The position numbers were made by a program, and so were the translations under genes. Shown here in pieces: positions 30,145-41,357 of a stretch of 64,000 bases of DNA; position 1 is the first letter of the stretch; each line of letters begins with the position of its first letter. Source of the DNA: an uncultured Holophagales bacterium. GTDB lineage: Bacteria; Acidobacteriota; Thermoanaerobaculia; Multivoradales; UBA5704. The notes beneath the pieces were generated by a model. That model was not told where the DNA came from, did no database searches, and saw only the letters and a list, made by a program, of their open reading frames with translations. The stretch covers positions 64,001 through 128,000 of the forward strand of contig CAWJGT010000003.1 in NCBI GenBank assembly GCA_963842525.1. Direction: 5' to 3'.

Positions 30145-31861
30145 CACCCTCCTGGCCGTGGCGCTCCTCTCCGTGCCGTTGCCCGCGGCGGCGGCCGGCG
30201 GGCAGGTGTCCTCGGCCCAGGTGACCGGCGTCGAGATGACGCCGCCCGTGCGCCGCGCCCTGAAGCAGCTCGAAGAGCAGTGGCTGCAGTGGGTCGTCCA
30301 GAACAGCCAGCAGGGCTCCGACCGCGTGGTCGACGACCTGCTCGCCACCGCGCGGCAGCTCGGGATGGCCCGGCTCCCCGACCTGAGCGTCGGCACCCTC
30401 GCGCGCGCCGTCCAGGCGGCGCGGGCCGCGGACTTCGCCCGCGCCCGCTGGGCCCTCGCCGCCGCCGAGCGCCTCGACCCCGGGCGGCCGGAGACGGCCT
30501 TCGCCGCCGCCACCGTCGAGCGGTTGGCGGGGAGCTATCCCGCCGCGTTCGTGGCCCTCGTCCGCGGCTACGTGCGCGTCTTCGGCCTGACGATGGAACG
30601 CACCCTCTGGCTGCAGAACCTCCTGGTCTGGGGCCTGTCGCTCCTGCTGCTGGCCGGCGCCCTGTTCATCGCCCTCCAGATGGCGACCAAGGGCGGCGAC
30701 CTGTGGCGCGACCTGGTGGGCTTCCTCTCCCGCCTCCTCCCCGGGCCGGTGGCGGTGGTCCTGGCCGTCGCCGTCCTGGTCTGGCCGGCGGCTCTCCCTT
30801 CGGGGCCGCTGTGGCTCCCTCTCTACTGGTCGGTGCTGCTCTGGGCGTACTGCTCGACCAGCGAGCGCGTGGTGCTGGCGGCGCTCTGGGCCCTGGTGGC
30901 GGTGAGCCCGGTCCTCATCGGCCTGCAGAGCCGCCGCATCGCGGTGATGCTGTCGCCGCCGGCCCAGGCCATGGAGAGCCTGCAGCGCCACCGCCTGTAT
31001 GGCAGCCTGTTTGCCGACCTTGGCGCGCTACGCTCGCTGCTGCCCGACAGCGCGCCGGTGAAGCAGCTCCTGGGAGACGTCCACCGCTCGCTCAACCAGT
31101 GGGACCTGGCCTCTTCGCTCTATCGCCAGGTGCTGGAGCAGGAGCCGGAGAACACGGCCGCGCAGATGGATCTCGGGGCCCACGCCTTCCTCAAGGGGGA
31201 CTTCGGCACCGCCATCCAGCACTTCCAGAAGATCGCTACCGCCGATCCGACGAGCGCTGCCGCCCAGTTCAACCTGAGCCAGGCCTATTCCGAGTCGTAC
31301 CTGTTCGACGAATCGAAGCGCGCTCTCGCCCAGGCACGGCAGATCGACGATGCGCGGGTCGACGTCTGGATGCGCGACGTGGCACAGCAGCGGGTGGTCA
31401 CCTTGAACGGCGGCATGGCGCGCATCCCGGAGATCCGGCGCGAGCTGCTCGCGGCCTACCACACGCGCGAGGCCCCCTCGGCGCGCCTGGAGCAGATCCG
31501 CAAGGCCCTGCCGCTGGCCGTGCCCGTCGGCCTCGCGCTGCTGACCCTGGCCCTCTATGTCGCCCGGCGCCCGTTCCGGGATGCGGAGAGGTCCGAGCCG
31601 GTGGCGTACCGGCCGTATGGGCGCTGGCAGCGCGTCCTGCTGCCCGGCCTGGTCTCCGCCGAGGCCGGGGAAGGGCCGCAGAGCTTCCTGGCGCTGCTCC
31701 TGCCGGCGGCCCTGCTGATGCTGCCGCTGTTCGGGGGGTTGGGCTATCGCATCCCCTGGGGGTATGATCCGGGCAATCTCGCAGCCTGGATCCTGGCGAT
31801 CCTGGGTCTGTCCCTGTACGTTGGCGCGCGGCTCCGCTGGGAGCTGCGCAACGAGGTATGA
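30125..31861 (+). CDS. TPR-containing membrane protein
   Basis: Signal peptide, TM cluster, TPR-like helices (AAAQFNLSQAY). Confidence 0.7.
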   Translation: MSRRRVSTLLAVALLSVPLPAAAAGGQVSSAQVTGVEMTPPVRRALKQLEEQWLQWVVQNSQQGSDRVVDDLLATARQLGMARLPDLSVGTLARAVQAARAADFARARWALAAAERLDPGRPETAFAAATVERLAGSYPAAFVALVRGYVRVFGLTMERTLWLQNLLVWGLSLLLLAGALFIALQMATKGGDLWRDLVGFLSRLLPGPVAVVLAVAVLVWPAALPSGPLWLPLYWSVLLWAYCSTSERVVLAALWALVAVSPVLIGLQSRRIAVMLSPPAQAMESLQRHRLYGSLFADLGALRSLLPDSAPVKQLLGDVHRSLNQWDLASSLYRQVLEQEPENTAAQMDLGAHAFLKGDFGTAIQHFQKIATADPTSAAAQFNLSQAYSESYLFDESKRALAQARQIDDARVDVWMRDVAQQRVVTLNGGMARIPEIRRELLAAYHTREAPSARLEQIRKALPLAVPVGLALLTLALYVARRPFRDAERSEPVAYRPYGRWQRVLLPGLVSAEAGEGPQSFLALLLPAALLMLPLFGGLGYRIPWGYDPGNLAAWILAILGLSLYVGARLRWELRNEV

Positions 31862-31900
31862 GCCGCGCTCGCCTGCGGGCACGGCCGAGGACCGTCGACG

Positions 31901-33139
31901 ATGGCCGTTGAAGGAAATCTCGAGCTCTTCAAGCTGCCGGAGATCCTGCAGCTCGTCTCCCAGCAGCGCAAGACCGGGATCCTGACCGTCCAGGGACAGC
32001 AGGACATCATTGCCATCTCCTTCCTGGATGGGAAGATCGTCGGCGCGGACGCCCTCAACCAGACGGTGGAGGAGGGCCTCTCGCAGGTGCTCGTCGACGA
32101 AGGGCTGATGGCCGCCGCCGAGTTCAGCCGTGCCCTGGCCGAGCAGCAATCGGCCGGCAGCCGGCTGGTGGATCACTTGGTCGAGCGGCGGTACGTGACG
32201 CGCGAGGGCCTGCTCCACGCGTTGCGCCTCCAGACCTCCCGGCTCCTCGAGCAGCTCCTCGGTTGGGACAAGGGGGAGTTCAAGTTCTATGGCGGCGACG
32301 AGGTCCCCTACGAGGAGGGCTTCGTCCCCATCGCCGTCGAGGAGCTGCTCTTCCAGGCCGGCCAGAAGGCCGCCGCCGCCCGGCCGGCAACGCCGTGGCC
32401 CGTACCGGCACCGGCCGCGACCGGACCGCGCCCGGTGGCGGCTCCTCCACCGCCGGGGTCGTCGCCGCCCGCTCCCGTCCCTCACAACCCGACCCCTGTC
32501 CCGGTCCCGGCGGCAGGGTCCGCGACGGCTACTCCGTCGCGGACCGGGTTGCGGGTCGTCCGCAAGGAGGGCGCTCCGCCGGCCTCTTCCGCCACGCGGG
32601 TCGTACCGGGCTCCCTGGTGGCGGCCGAGGGGGAGAGGGCCGGCCCCTTCCGCAAGATGAAGGTGGAGGCGCCGGCCGCCGGTCCCGCGCCGCGGCCGTT
32701 CCTGCCCAAGCTCCTGGCCGCGGGCCTCGCCGGGCTCGTCGTGGCCGTCCTGCTCACCCGGCCGGAGGCGCTGATCCTCCCCTTCCCCTGGCAGCCGGAA
32801 GAGCGCGCTGCCCTGGCGCAGGACCAGCGGGCCTCCCTGTACCTCAAGATCGACCGCGCGGCGAAGACCTGGTTCCTCCACGAGGGCCACTTCCCCTCCA
32901 GCCTGGCGGAGCTCCAGCAGGCGGGCTTCCTCGGCCGCGGCGACCTGCGCGACCCGCAGGGGCACCCCCTCCGCTACACCGCCGGGCAGGAGAGCTACAC
33001 CCTGGAGCCGGTCCAGGGCGACCAGCCCATCCCCGGCGCTGAGACCAGCGAAGCCATCACAGGCAACTTTCTCCTCGATCCGGAGCTCCTGAACCTCCCC
33101 ACCGATTCCACGGCGCCGCCCCTGGTACTGCTGGATTGA
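31901..33139 (+). CDS. DUF4388 (PATAN-like) domain membrane protein
   Basis: EGNLELFKLPEILQL..QRKTGILTV...W.KGEFKF; Pro-rich linker; TM segment. Confidence 0.8.
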   Translation: MAVEGNLELFKLPEILQLVSQQRKTGILTVQGQQDIIAISFLDGKIVGADALNQTVEEGLSQVLVDEGLMAAAEFSRALAEQQSAGSRLVDHLVERRYVTREGLLHALRLQTSRLLEQLLGWDKGEFKFYGGDEVPYEEGFVPIAVEELLFQAGQKAAAARPATPWPVPAPAATGPRPVAAPPPPGSSPPAPVPHNPTPVPVPAAGSATATPSRTGLRVVRKEGAPPASSATRVVPGSLVAAEGERAGPFRKMKVEAPAAGPAPRPFLPKLLAAGLAGLVVAVLLTRPEALILPFPWQPEERAALAQDQRASLYLKIDRAAKTWFLHEGHFPSSLAELQQAGFLGRGDLRDPQGHPLRYTAGQESYTLEPVQGDQPIPGAETSEAITGNFLLDPELLNLPTDSTAPPLVLLD

Positions 33140-33196
33140 CGGCGGCTCCTGGAATAAATCTGCGTCCGTTCTTGTCAAAGAGGGTGCGGCGGAAAG

Positions 33197-33225
33197 TTGA
33201 CACGCCGTCACTAAGGTTTTAGACT
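33197..33225 (+). promoter_or_regulatory. Sigma70 promoter of dnaK (TTGACA-N17-TAGACT)
   Basis: Near-consensus hexamers with 17-bp spacing. Confidence 0.75.
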
Positions 33226-33291
33226 CTGAGCGAAGCCGCGGGGCCAGGTTCCCTGCCTGGCGGTACGCAGCAGAGCAAAGGAGGGTACAGC

Positions 33292-35220
<1,929 letters not shown>

Positions 35221-35231
35221 GCTCGTAGCCC

Positions 35232-35675
35232 ATGGCGCCGCTCAAGAAGATCTACCTCGAGGAGCTCGCACGCATTCAGGAGAGGATCAACAGCCTCTTC
35301 GAGCAGGCGCTGCTCACCTCGGATTACGACGACCCGGACGGGAGCCTGCCTGGTACGTGGGCTCCCGCCGTGGACGTGATCGAGACCGAGGACTCCTATC
35401 TCCTCTTCGCCGAGCTGCCGGGAGTGCGAAGGGAGGACATCCAGTTGCAGGTGCGGGACCGGCGGTTGGAGATCTCCGGCCGCCGGCAAACCATGGGAGA
35501 GAACCTGAGCTTCCTCCGCATGGAACGCAGCTACGGCCCGTTCCGCCGCGCCTTCGACCTCGGCACGCTGGTCGAGGCGGACGACATCACCGCCGGCTTC
35601 GAGCAAGGAATCCTGCGGATCCAGGTCCCGAAGCGGCCGGCTGCCGTGCAGGTGCCCGTTCGGGAGGAGGCCTGA
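35232..35675 (+). CDS. Hsp20/alpha-crystallin small heat-shock protein
   Basis: WAPAVDVIET, AELPGV, ERSYGPFRR, GILRIQVPK. Confidence 0.92.
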   Translation: MAPLKKIYLEELARIQERINSLFEQALLTSDYDDPDGSLPGTWAPAVDVIETEDSYLLFAELPGVRREDIQLQVRDRRLEISGRRQTMGENLSFLRMERSYGPFRRAFDLGTLVEADDITAGFEQGILRIQVPKRPAAVQVPVREEA

Positions 35676-35676
35676 G

Positions 35677-36057
35677 ATGCCGGGCCGGCGCAAGTCCGAG
35701 CAGAAGTACGTGATGATCAGCGTGGTGGCCGAGCGCTACGCAATCCATCCGCAGACCCTGCGGCTCTACGAGCGCGAGGGCCTCATCAAGCCCACCCGCA
35801 GCTCCGGCAACACCCGCCTCTATGACGAGGAGGCCATCCGCCGCCTGGAGATCATCCTCACCCTGACGCGCGACCTGGGGGTCAACCTGGCGGGTGTGGA
35901 GGTGATCCTCAACATGAAGGAGCGGATGGAGAAGATGCAGATCGACTACGACCGGATGCTCGAGTACGTCCGCCGCATGGCGGAGGAGCGCCGGCAGCCC
36001 GAGAAACAGCACGCCCTGGTCAAGATCCAGAGCGGACCCCTCACCAAGATCCGCTGA
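35677..36057 (+). CDS. hspR: HspR-like MerR-family heat-shock repressor
   Basis: ISVVAE..IHPQTLRLYEREGLI.P.RS.GNTRLY...LGVNLAGV. Confidence 0.85.
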   Translation: MPGRRKSEQKYVMISVVAERYAIHPQTLRLYEREGLIKPTRSSGNTRLYDEEAIRRLEIILTLTRDLGVNLAGVEVILNMKERMEKMQIDYDRMLEYVRRMAEERRQPEKQHALVKIQSGPLTKIR

Positions 36058-36058
36058 A

Positions 36059-36148
36059 ACCTCACCCCCTGTCCCCCTCTCCCATCGCTCTCCCTGCCCC
36101 CGGGAGAGGGGGACGTTGCTCTGTCATCCTGAGCGAGGCGAAGGATCT
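36059..36148. repeat. Half copy of the REP-like element (36059-36115) followed by a GTCATCCTGAGCGAGGCGAAGGATCT palindromic repeat (36123-36148)
   Basis: Direct sequence match to copies A-C and to 42853-42879. Confidence 0.8.
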
Positions 36149-36265
36149 GGGGGGATGGGAAGCTCCGCCCGCCTCCGTGCTACCATAAGGCAGCGGTTGC
36201 GTCAGCGCACCGACTGGTGATCTGATGGCGCAACCGTCGGGATTGTTCCAAGAGGGAAGGCACGT

Positions 36266-37090
36266 ATGTGCGCGCTGCCGCTCGAGCAAGAGATCGAGTA
36301 CCCCGCCTCCGACGGCCAGCCCATGGCCGAAACAACGCTTCACCGCCTGGTGATGTCCGACATGATCGAAGGCCTCGAACGGCGTCATGTCGACGTGGGG
36401 GACGTCTGGGTGGGCGGCAACCTCCTGCTCTACTACCGGAAGGGAGACCGGAGGAAGTCCGTGGCTCCCGACGTGCTGCTGGCCCGTGGCGTCGAAAAGT
36501 GGCCGCGGAGGACCTATCTCCTCTGGGAGGAGAAGCCTCCGGCCCTGATCTTCGAGATCACCTCCCGCTCGACCGCGGACGAAGACACCGGTTTCAAAAA
36601 AGGCCTCTACGAGCAACTCGGCGTGGCCGAGCTCGTTCTCTTCGATCCCTTTGCGGAGTACCTGGAGCCGCGCCTCCAGGGCTACCGCCTCGAACGGAGC
36701 CGCTATGAGCCGATTCTGCCGAACCGCGATGGCTCGCTGGACCTCCGGACGGCGGGAGTGACCGCGCGCTCCGAAGGCGACCGGCTGCGGCTGGTGGACA
36801 CCGCCACCGGAGAGGCCGTCCTGTGGAACGACGAGATCGAAGAGGCACGGCGGTTGGCCGTAGAGGCGCACAGGTTGTCCGAGGAGGCACGCCGGTTGGC
36901 CGAAGAGGCACGCCGATTGGCTGAAGAGCGTGCCGCCGAGGAGTCCGCCGCGCGCCGTTCTGCCGAAGAACGCGCCGCCGAAGAGGTTGCCGCGCGCCGA
37001 TCGGCCGAGGAACGTGCCGCCGCCGCCGAGGAGCGCGCCAGTTCTCTCGCCGAGGAGCTCGCCTGTCTACGGCGCGAATCAAAGCCCTGA
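36266..37090 (+). CDS. Uma2 family (PD-(D/E)XK) endonuclease-like protein with C-terminal coiled coil
   Basis: YPASDGQPMAET..H, APDV, FEITSRST, YEQLGV.E..FDP; EEARRLA repeats. Confidence 0.88.
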   Translation: MCALPLEQEIEYPASDGQPMAETTLHRLVMSDMIEGLERRHVDVGDVWVGGNLLLYYRKGDRRKSVAPDVLLARGVEKWPRRTYLLWEEKPPALIFEITSRSTADEDTGFKKGLYEQLGVAELVLFDPFAEYLEPRLQGYRLERSRYEPILPNRDGSLDLRTAGVTARSEGDRLRLVDTATGEAVLWNDEIEEARRLAVEAHRLSEEARRLAEEARRLAEERAAEESAARRSAEERAAEEVAARRSAEERAAAAEERASSLAEELACLRRESKP

Positions 37091-37146
37091 GGACGCTGTC
37101 CCAGCCTGGGGTTTCAACCCCAGGCGCGTGCTACCATTTCCCCGCG

Positions 37147-38034
37147 ATGCCAGTCAGCGAAGCGTTGGACGAGCCGTGCCCGCTCTGCGGCGGCCGGGGT
37201 TGGGTCATCGAGGCGGACGGGGGCGCGGGGTCGGCCCGCACCTGCGCCTGCCGCGAGGAGGGGGTTTCCCAGCGCCTCCTGGCCGCGGCCGGGATTCCCC
37301 CGCGCTACCGCCACTGCAAGATCTCGAGCTTCCAGGTTTCGAGCGCATCGCCGGGGCTCCGCGCCCAGCTCGACAGCGCCCGCAAGACCGCCGAGCAGTA
37401 CGTCGAGGGCTTCCTCCAGGAGGGCGGGTTCCGCAAGTCCGGGCTGCTCTTCGTGGGCCCTCCGGGCGTCGGCAAGACCCACCTCGCCGTGGGCGTCCTG
37501 GTGGAGCTGATCGAGCGCTTTCGGGTGCGCGGCCGGTTCGCCGAGTTCACCTCGCTGATCCACCAGATCCAGGCCACCTTCGATCCCGGCACCCTGGAGT
37601 CGAAGCGGGAGGTCCTCGATCCCCTGATGAGCGCCGAGCTCCTGGTGCTCGACGAGCTCGGCGCCCAGCAGGCGACACCCTGGGTCCGCGACATCCTCTA
37701 CCTGATCATCAACCACCGCTACACGCGCCAGCTCCCGACCCTCTTCACCACCAATTACCTGCTCGACGACGTGCCGAAGAAGGGGGCGAAGCCGCCTGCC
37801 CTGGTGCGGACGAACCTGGACCGCGGCGCCGACCCGCCGGACGCCGCACCCCTCGCCCCCTCCGTGGAGCACCTGGCCGCCCGGCTGCCAGCCATGCTGG
37901 TCAGCCGCTTGTATGAGATGGCGCAGCCGGTGGTCATGACCGCCATCGAGGACTTCCGGCGGGAGCACAAAGTCCATGGAGACTCGCCTGCGCTGAGAAG
38001 CGGCCCGAATCTTGCGGAATCTTGCGAAGACTGA
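37147..38034 (+). CDS. DnaC/IstB-like AAA+ ATPase with N-terminal Zn motif
   Basis: CPLCGG..CAC, GIPPRY, GPPGVGKTHLA, LLVLDELG, TTN, SRLYEM. Confidence 0.85.
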   Translation: MPVSEALDEPCPLCGGRGWVIEADGGAGSARTCACREEGVSQRLLAAAGIPPRYRHCKISSFQVSSASPGLRAQLDSARKTAEQYVEGFLQEGGFRKSGLLFVGPPGVGKTHLAVGVLVELIERFRVRGRFAEFTSLIHQIQATFDPGTLESKREVLDPLMSAELLVLDELGAQQATPWVRDILYLIINHRYTRQLPTLFTTNYLLDDVPKKGAKPPALVRTNLDRGADPPDAAPLAPSVEHLAARLPAMLVSRLYEMAQPVVMTAIEDFRREHKVHGDSPALRSGPNLAESCED

Positions 38035-38061
38035 CAACTCGGCATCGGAGAATCTGACCGC

Positions 38062-40281
38062 GTGAAGACGAAGTGGCTCCTTGTGCTGGTCCTGCTCCCG
38101 CTCCTGATCACCGCCTCCTGCCGGACGGCGGCTCCTCCCGTCCAGAGGCCCGTCCCCCCGCCGCCGTCCCCGCCGGTCGAGCCCGCGCCACCCGCTCCGG
38201 AGCCCGAGCCGGTGCAGCCGGCTCCCGTCGAGCCGGTGCCGCCCTCGGCGCCGGTCCAGCTCAAGGTCGGCCTGGCGAGCGATCTCGAATCGGTGACCTT
38301 CCCCTGCTGCGAAGAGGGCTTGAGCGTGACGGTCGGCGACGCGCCGGTGACGGTGTCGTCCCCCCTGAAGGTCGAGCCCGCGGCGGCGAGCGCCCAGCAG
38401 GGCTACTACCGGCTGCAGGTGGCCGCCCTGCGCGACGAGCGTCAGGCCCAGGAGCTGGCCGCGCGGCTGGCGCGGGAGACCGGGCAGCCGGGCGAGGCCC
38501 ATTTCGACGCCGGGATCGACCTCTACCGTGTGCGCGTCGGGCGCTATGCCACCCGCGTGGACGCGGAGCAGGACATGCGGCGTCTGGGGTCGCTCGGCGT
38601 CGCCGGCGCCTTCGTGGTCAACGAGGGGGCCGCGGTCACGGCGCCGGCCCTCCGCCTCACGCAGGGCGCCGCGTCCGCCGTCTACCCCGGGCGCTGGCTC
38701 GCCGTGACGCCGGTCAACGGTGTCAGCCTGCGGGTCCAGGGCAAGCGCTACCGCGGCCGGATGCTCGTCTACCTGAACGACCGCGGCGCGCTCAACCTGA
38801 TCAACGAGCTGCCGATCGAGCAGTACCTGCGCGGCGTGGTGCCGAGCGAGATGGGCCCCGAGCAGTACAACCAGGTCGAGGCGCTCAAGGCGCAGGCGGT
38901 GGCGGCGCGCACCTATACCCTGCGCAACCTGGGCGAGTTCTCGCGCGAGGGGTACGACATCTGCGCCACGCCCCGCTGCCAGGTCTACAACGGCATGGCG
39001 GTCGAGCACCCGCTCTCCGACCGCGCCATCGCGGAGACCGCCGGCCAGGTTCTGCTCTATGAGGGGCACCTCGCCGATACTCTCTACAGCTCGACCTGCG
39101 GCGGCCACACCGAGGACGCCCCGGTCGTCTTCCCCCTGAAGACGGACGAGCCCTACCTCGAAGGCGTGCCCTGCATGGAGCGGGGCTTCACCCGGATCGG
39201 CGGGACCCTCCGGGCCGGGATCGGTTTCCCCGAAGGGCTGACCCGCACGCTGCTGCCGCCCGCGGCGGGTGCCCCTTCACCCCTGGGGCTGTCGGCGCGG
39301 CTGGAGCACTTGGCCCTGCTCGCCGGCCTGCCCGTGCCGCGGGAGCGCCTGGGCACCCTCGACCGGCGGGAGGTCCAGCGCTTCCTCGCCTACGCCTTCG
39401 ACCTGGCGCTCGACGCCCGGCTCTTCATCGCGCCCGAGGACGTCCCCTACCTGCTGCACGATCCGCCGCGGGACTGGAACGACGAGGACCTCCGCCGCGC
39501 CGCCTGGCTGATCAAGAGCGGCATCATGACCGGGCCGCTCGCCGAGCCGGTGGACGCCGAGGAGATCGAGCACATGCTCCTCGCCCTCGCCGAGCTCGTG
39601 CGGGTGGTGCGCCGGGAGGAGGTCTCCTACCTCGGCCTCGACCAGGGGCAGCTTACGGTCCGCTCCGGCAAGGAGGAGAAGACCTATCCGCTGCCCGACC
39701 GGCTCCTCACCTTCCGCCGCCGCGGCGACCTGCTGTTGAGCGCCGACCTCGGCCTGCTGCCCAGCGACCGGATGACCCTGTTCTGGCAGGGGGACACCCT
39801 GGTTTCCGTGACCCAGGAGGTGGACCTGGACGGCGTGGCCTTCGACCGCAGCAGTCCCTACAGCTCCTGGACCCGCTTCCGCACCGATTCGCAGCTCGCC
39901 AGGCAGGTGAACCAGCGTTTCCCCGGGGTCGGCTTCGTGGACCTGGAGGTCCTGGGGCGCGGCGAGTCCGGCCGGGTGGGGAAGATCCGCATCCGCGGCG
40001 ACAACGGACAGGTCGTCGACGTCGAGGGTCTGCCCGTCCGCTGGACGCTCGACGTGCCGGACACTCTATTCACCACCAAGCGCCTGGCGCCCAAGAGCCA
40101 GGAGGCGGGCTGGCTCTTCACCGGCCGCGGCTTCGGCCACGGCGTGGGGATGTGCCAGGTGGGCTCCTACGGCATGGCCCAGCGCGGCCACACCTACCGC
40201 GAGATCCTGACCCACTACTACACCGGCGTCGAGGTGAGCACGGTGCGGTGGCAGGGAACGGCGGCTCCGGCGGGGAAGTAG
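38062..40281 (+). CDS. SpoIID/LytB-domain lipoprotein with SPOR domain
   Basis: Lipobox ITASC; EQYLRGVVPSEM, EALKAQAVAARTY, STCGG, GFGHGVGMCQ. Confidence 0.9.
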   Translation: MKTKWLLVLVLLPLLITASCRTAAPPVQRPVPPPPSPPVEPAPPAPEPEPVQPAPVEPVPPSAPVQLKVGLASDLESVTFPCCEEGLSVTVGDAPVTVSSPLKVEPAAASAQQGYYRLQVAALRDERQAQELAARLARETGQPGEAHFDAGIDLYRVRVGRYATRVDAEQDMRRLGSLGVAGAFVVNEGAAVTAPALRLTQGAASAVYPGRWLAVTPVNGVSLRVQGKRYRGRMLVYLNDRGALNLINELPIEQYLRGVVPSEMGPEQYNQVEALKAQAVAARTYTLRNLGEFSREGYDICATPRCQVYNGMAVEHPLSDRAIAETAGQVLLYEGHLADTLYSSTCGGHTEDAPVVFPLKTDEPYLEGVPCMERGFTRIGGTLRAGIGFPEGLTRTLLPPAAGAPSPLGLSARLEHLALLAGLPVPRERLGTLDRREVQRFLAYAFDLALDARLFIAPEDVPYLLHDPPRDWNDEDLRRAAWLIKSGIMTGPLAEPVDAEEIEHMLLALAELVRVVRREEVSYLGLDQGQLTVRSGKEEKTYPLPDRLLTFRRRGDLLLSADLGLLPSDRMTLFWQGDTLVSVTQEVDLDGVAFDRSSPYSSWTRFRTDSQLARQVNQRFPGVGFVDLEVLGRGESGRVGKIRIRGDNGQVVDVEGLPVRWTLDVPDTLFTTKRLAPKSQEAGWLFTGRGFGHGVGMCQVGSYGMAQRGHTYREILTHYYTGVEVSTVRWQGTAAPAGK

Positions 40282-40302
40282 GGGCGGGGCTTGTCCCCGC
40301 CC
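40278..40302 (+). repeat. GTAG-type REP palindrome
   Basis: GTAG-GGGCGGGG-CTTGT-CCCCGCCC overlapping the SpoIID stop. Confidence 0.65.
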
Positions 40303-40325
40303 TTTGTTGGACGTAAGCTCCCACC

Positions 40326-41336
40326 ATGGCCGTCCAGGACCTCCGCAACCGCCCCACCCTGGCCCCGCGACGGGTGGAGGAGCCCCATCCGGAGCGCAAT
40401 CCGGGCCTCCCGCTCGACCTCGGATGGGTGCGGGACGTGCGGGTCAACACCAGCGCGGTCGAGCGCCGGGCGGCGACTCTGCCCAAGCGGCGGACGGTCA
40501 AGAAGGACTGGCAGGCGGCCTGGTACCTGCGGGCCATCACCTGCATGGACCTCACCACGCTCCAGGGGGACGACACGCCTGGCCGCGTGCGGCGGCTCTG
40601 CGCCAAGGCCCGCCAGCCGGTGCGGCAGGATCTTCTTGAAGCGCTCGGCGTCGCCCACCTCGACATCCGGGTCGCCTCGGTCTGCGTCTACCACAACCTG
40701 ATCGAGCCTGCCCGCGAGGCCCTGGAAGGCTCGGGCATCCCGGTCTGCGCCGTGTCCACCGGCTTTCCGGCCGGGCAGAACCCGTTCTCTCTGCGGCTCG
40801 CCGAGATCCGCGAGTCCGTGGCGGCCGGCGCCGAGGAGATCGACATCGTGGTCAGCCGCGCCCACGTGCTGACCGGCGACTGGCAGGCCCTCTACGACGA
40901 GATCCGGGCTTTCCGCGAGGCCTGCGGGCCGGCCCACCTGAAGACCATCCTCGCCACCGGCGAGCTGGGCACCCTGCGCAATGTGGCGCGGGCGAGCCGG
41001 GTCGCCATGATGGCCGGCGCCGACTTCATCAAGACCTCGACCGGCAAGGAGAAGGCCAACGCCACCCTGCCGGTCTCGCTCGTCATGGTACGGGCGATCC
41101 GCGACTACCAGGAGCGCACCGGCTTCCGGATCGGCTTCAAACCGGCGGGAGGGATCTCCACCGCCCGCCAGGCCGCCGACTGGCTGGCTCTGATGAAAGA
41201 GGAGCTGGGTCCTGAGTGGATGCGCCGCGACCTCTTCCGCTTCGGCGCCTCCAGCCTCCTCGGCGACCTGGAGCGCCAGCTCGAGCACCATGCCACCGGC
41301 CGCTACTCGGCCTCCTTCCGACACCCCCTCGCCTGA
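40326..41336 (+). CDS. deoC: Deoxyribose-phosphate aldolase
   Basis: DLTTL, GFPAGQ, EIDIV, GADFIKTSTGK, GFKPAGG, RFGAS. Confidence 0.95.
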   Translation: MAVQDLRNRPTLAPRRVEEPHPERNPGLPLDLGWVRDVRVNTSAVERRAATLPKRRTVKKDWQAAWYLRAITCMDLTTLQGDDTPGRVRRLCAKARQPVRQDLLEALGVAHLDIRVASVCVYHNLIEPAREALEGSGIPVCAVSTGFPAGQNPFSLRLAEIRESVAAGAEEIDIVVSRAHVLTGDWQALYDEIRAFREACGPAHLKTILATGELGTLRNVARASRVAMMAGADFIKTSTGKEKANATLPVSLVMVRAIRDYQERTGFRIGFKPAGGISTARQAADWLALMKEELGPEWMRRDLFRFGASSLLGDLERQLEHHATGRYSASFRHPLA

Positions 41337-41357
41337 GGACAGCTTGAGGTCCCTGCC

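Noticed and set aside
36835-37060. Repeat array at the Uma2 3' end
   Set aside because: In-frame coiled-coil heptad repeats that are common in this family.
37147-38034. IS21 element
   Set aside because: No IstA transposase or terminal repeats adjacent.
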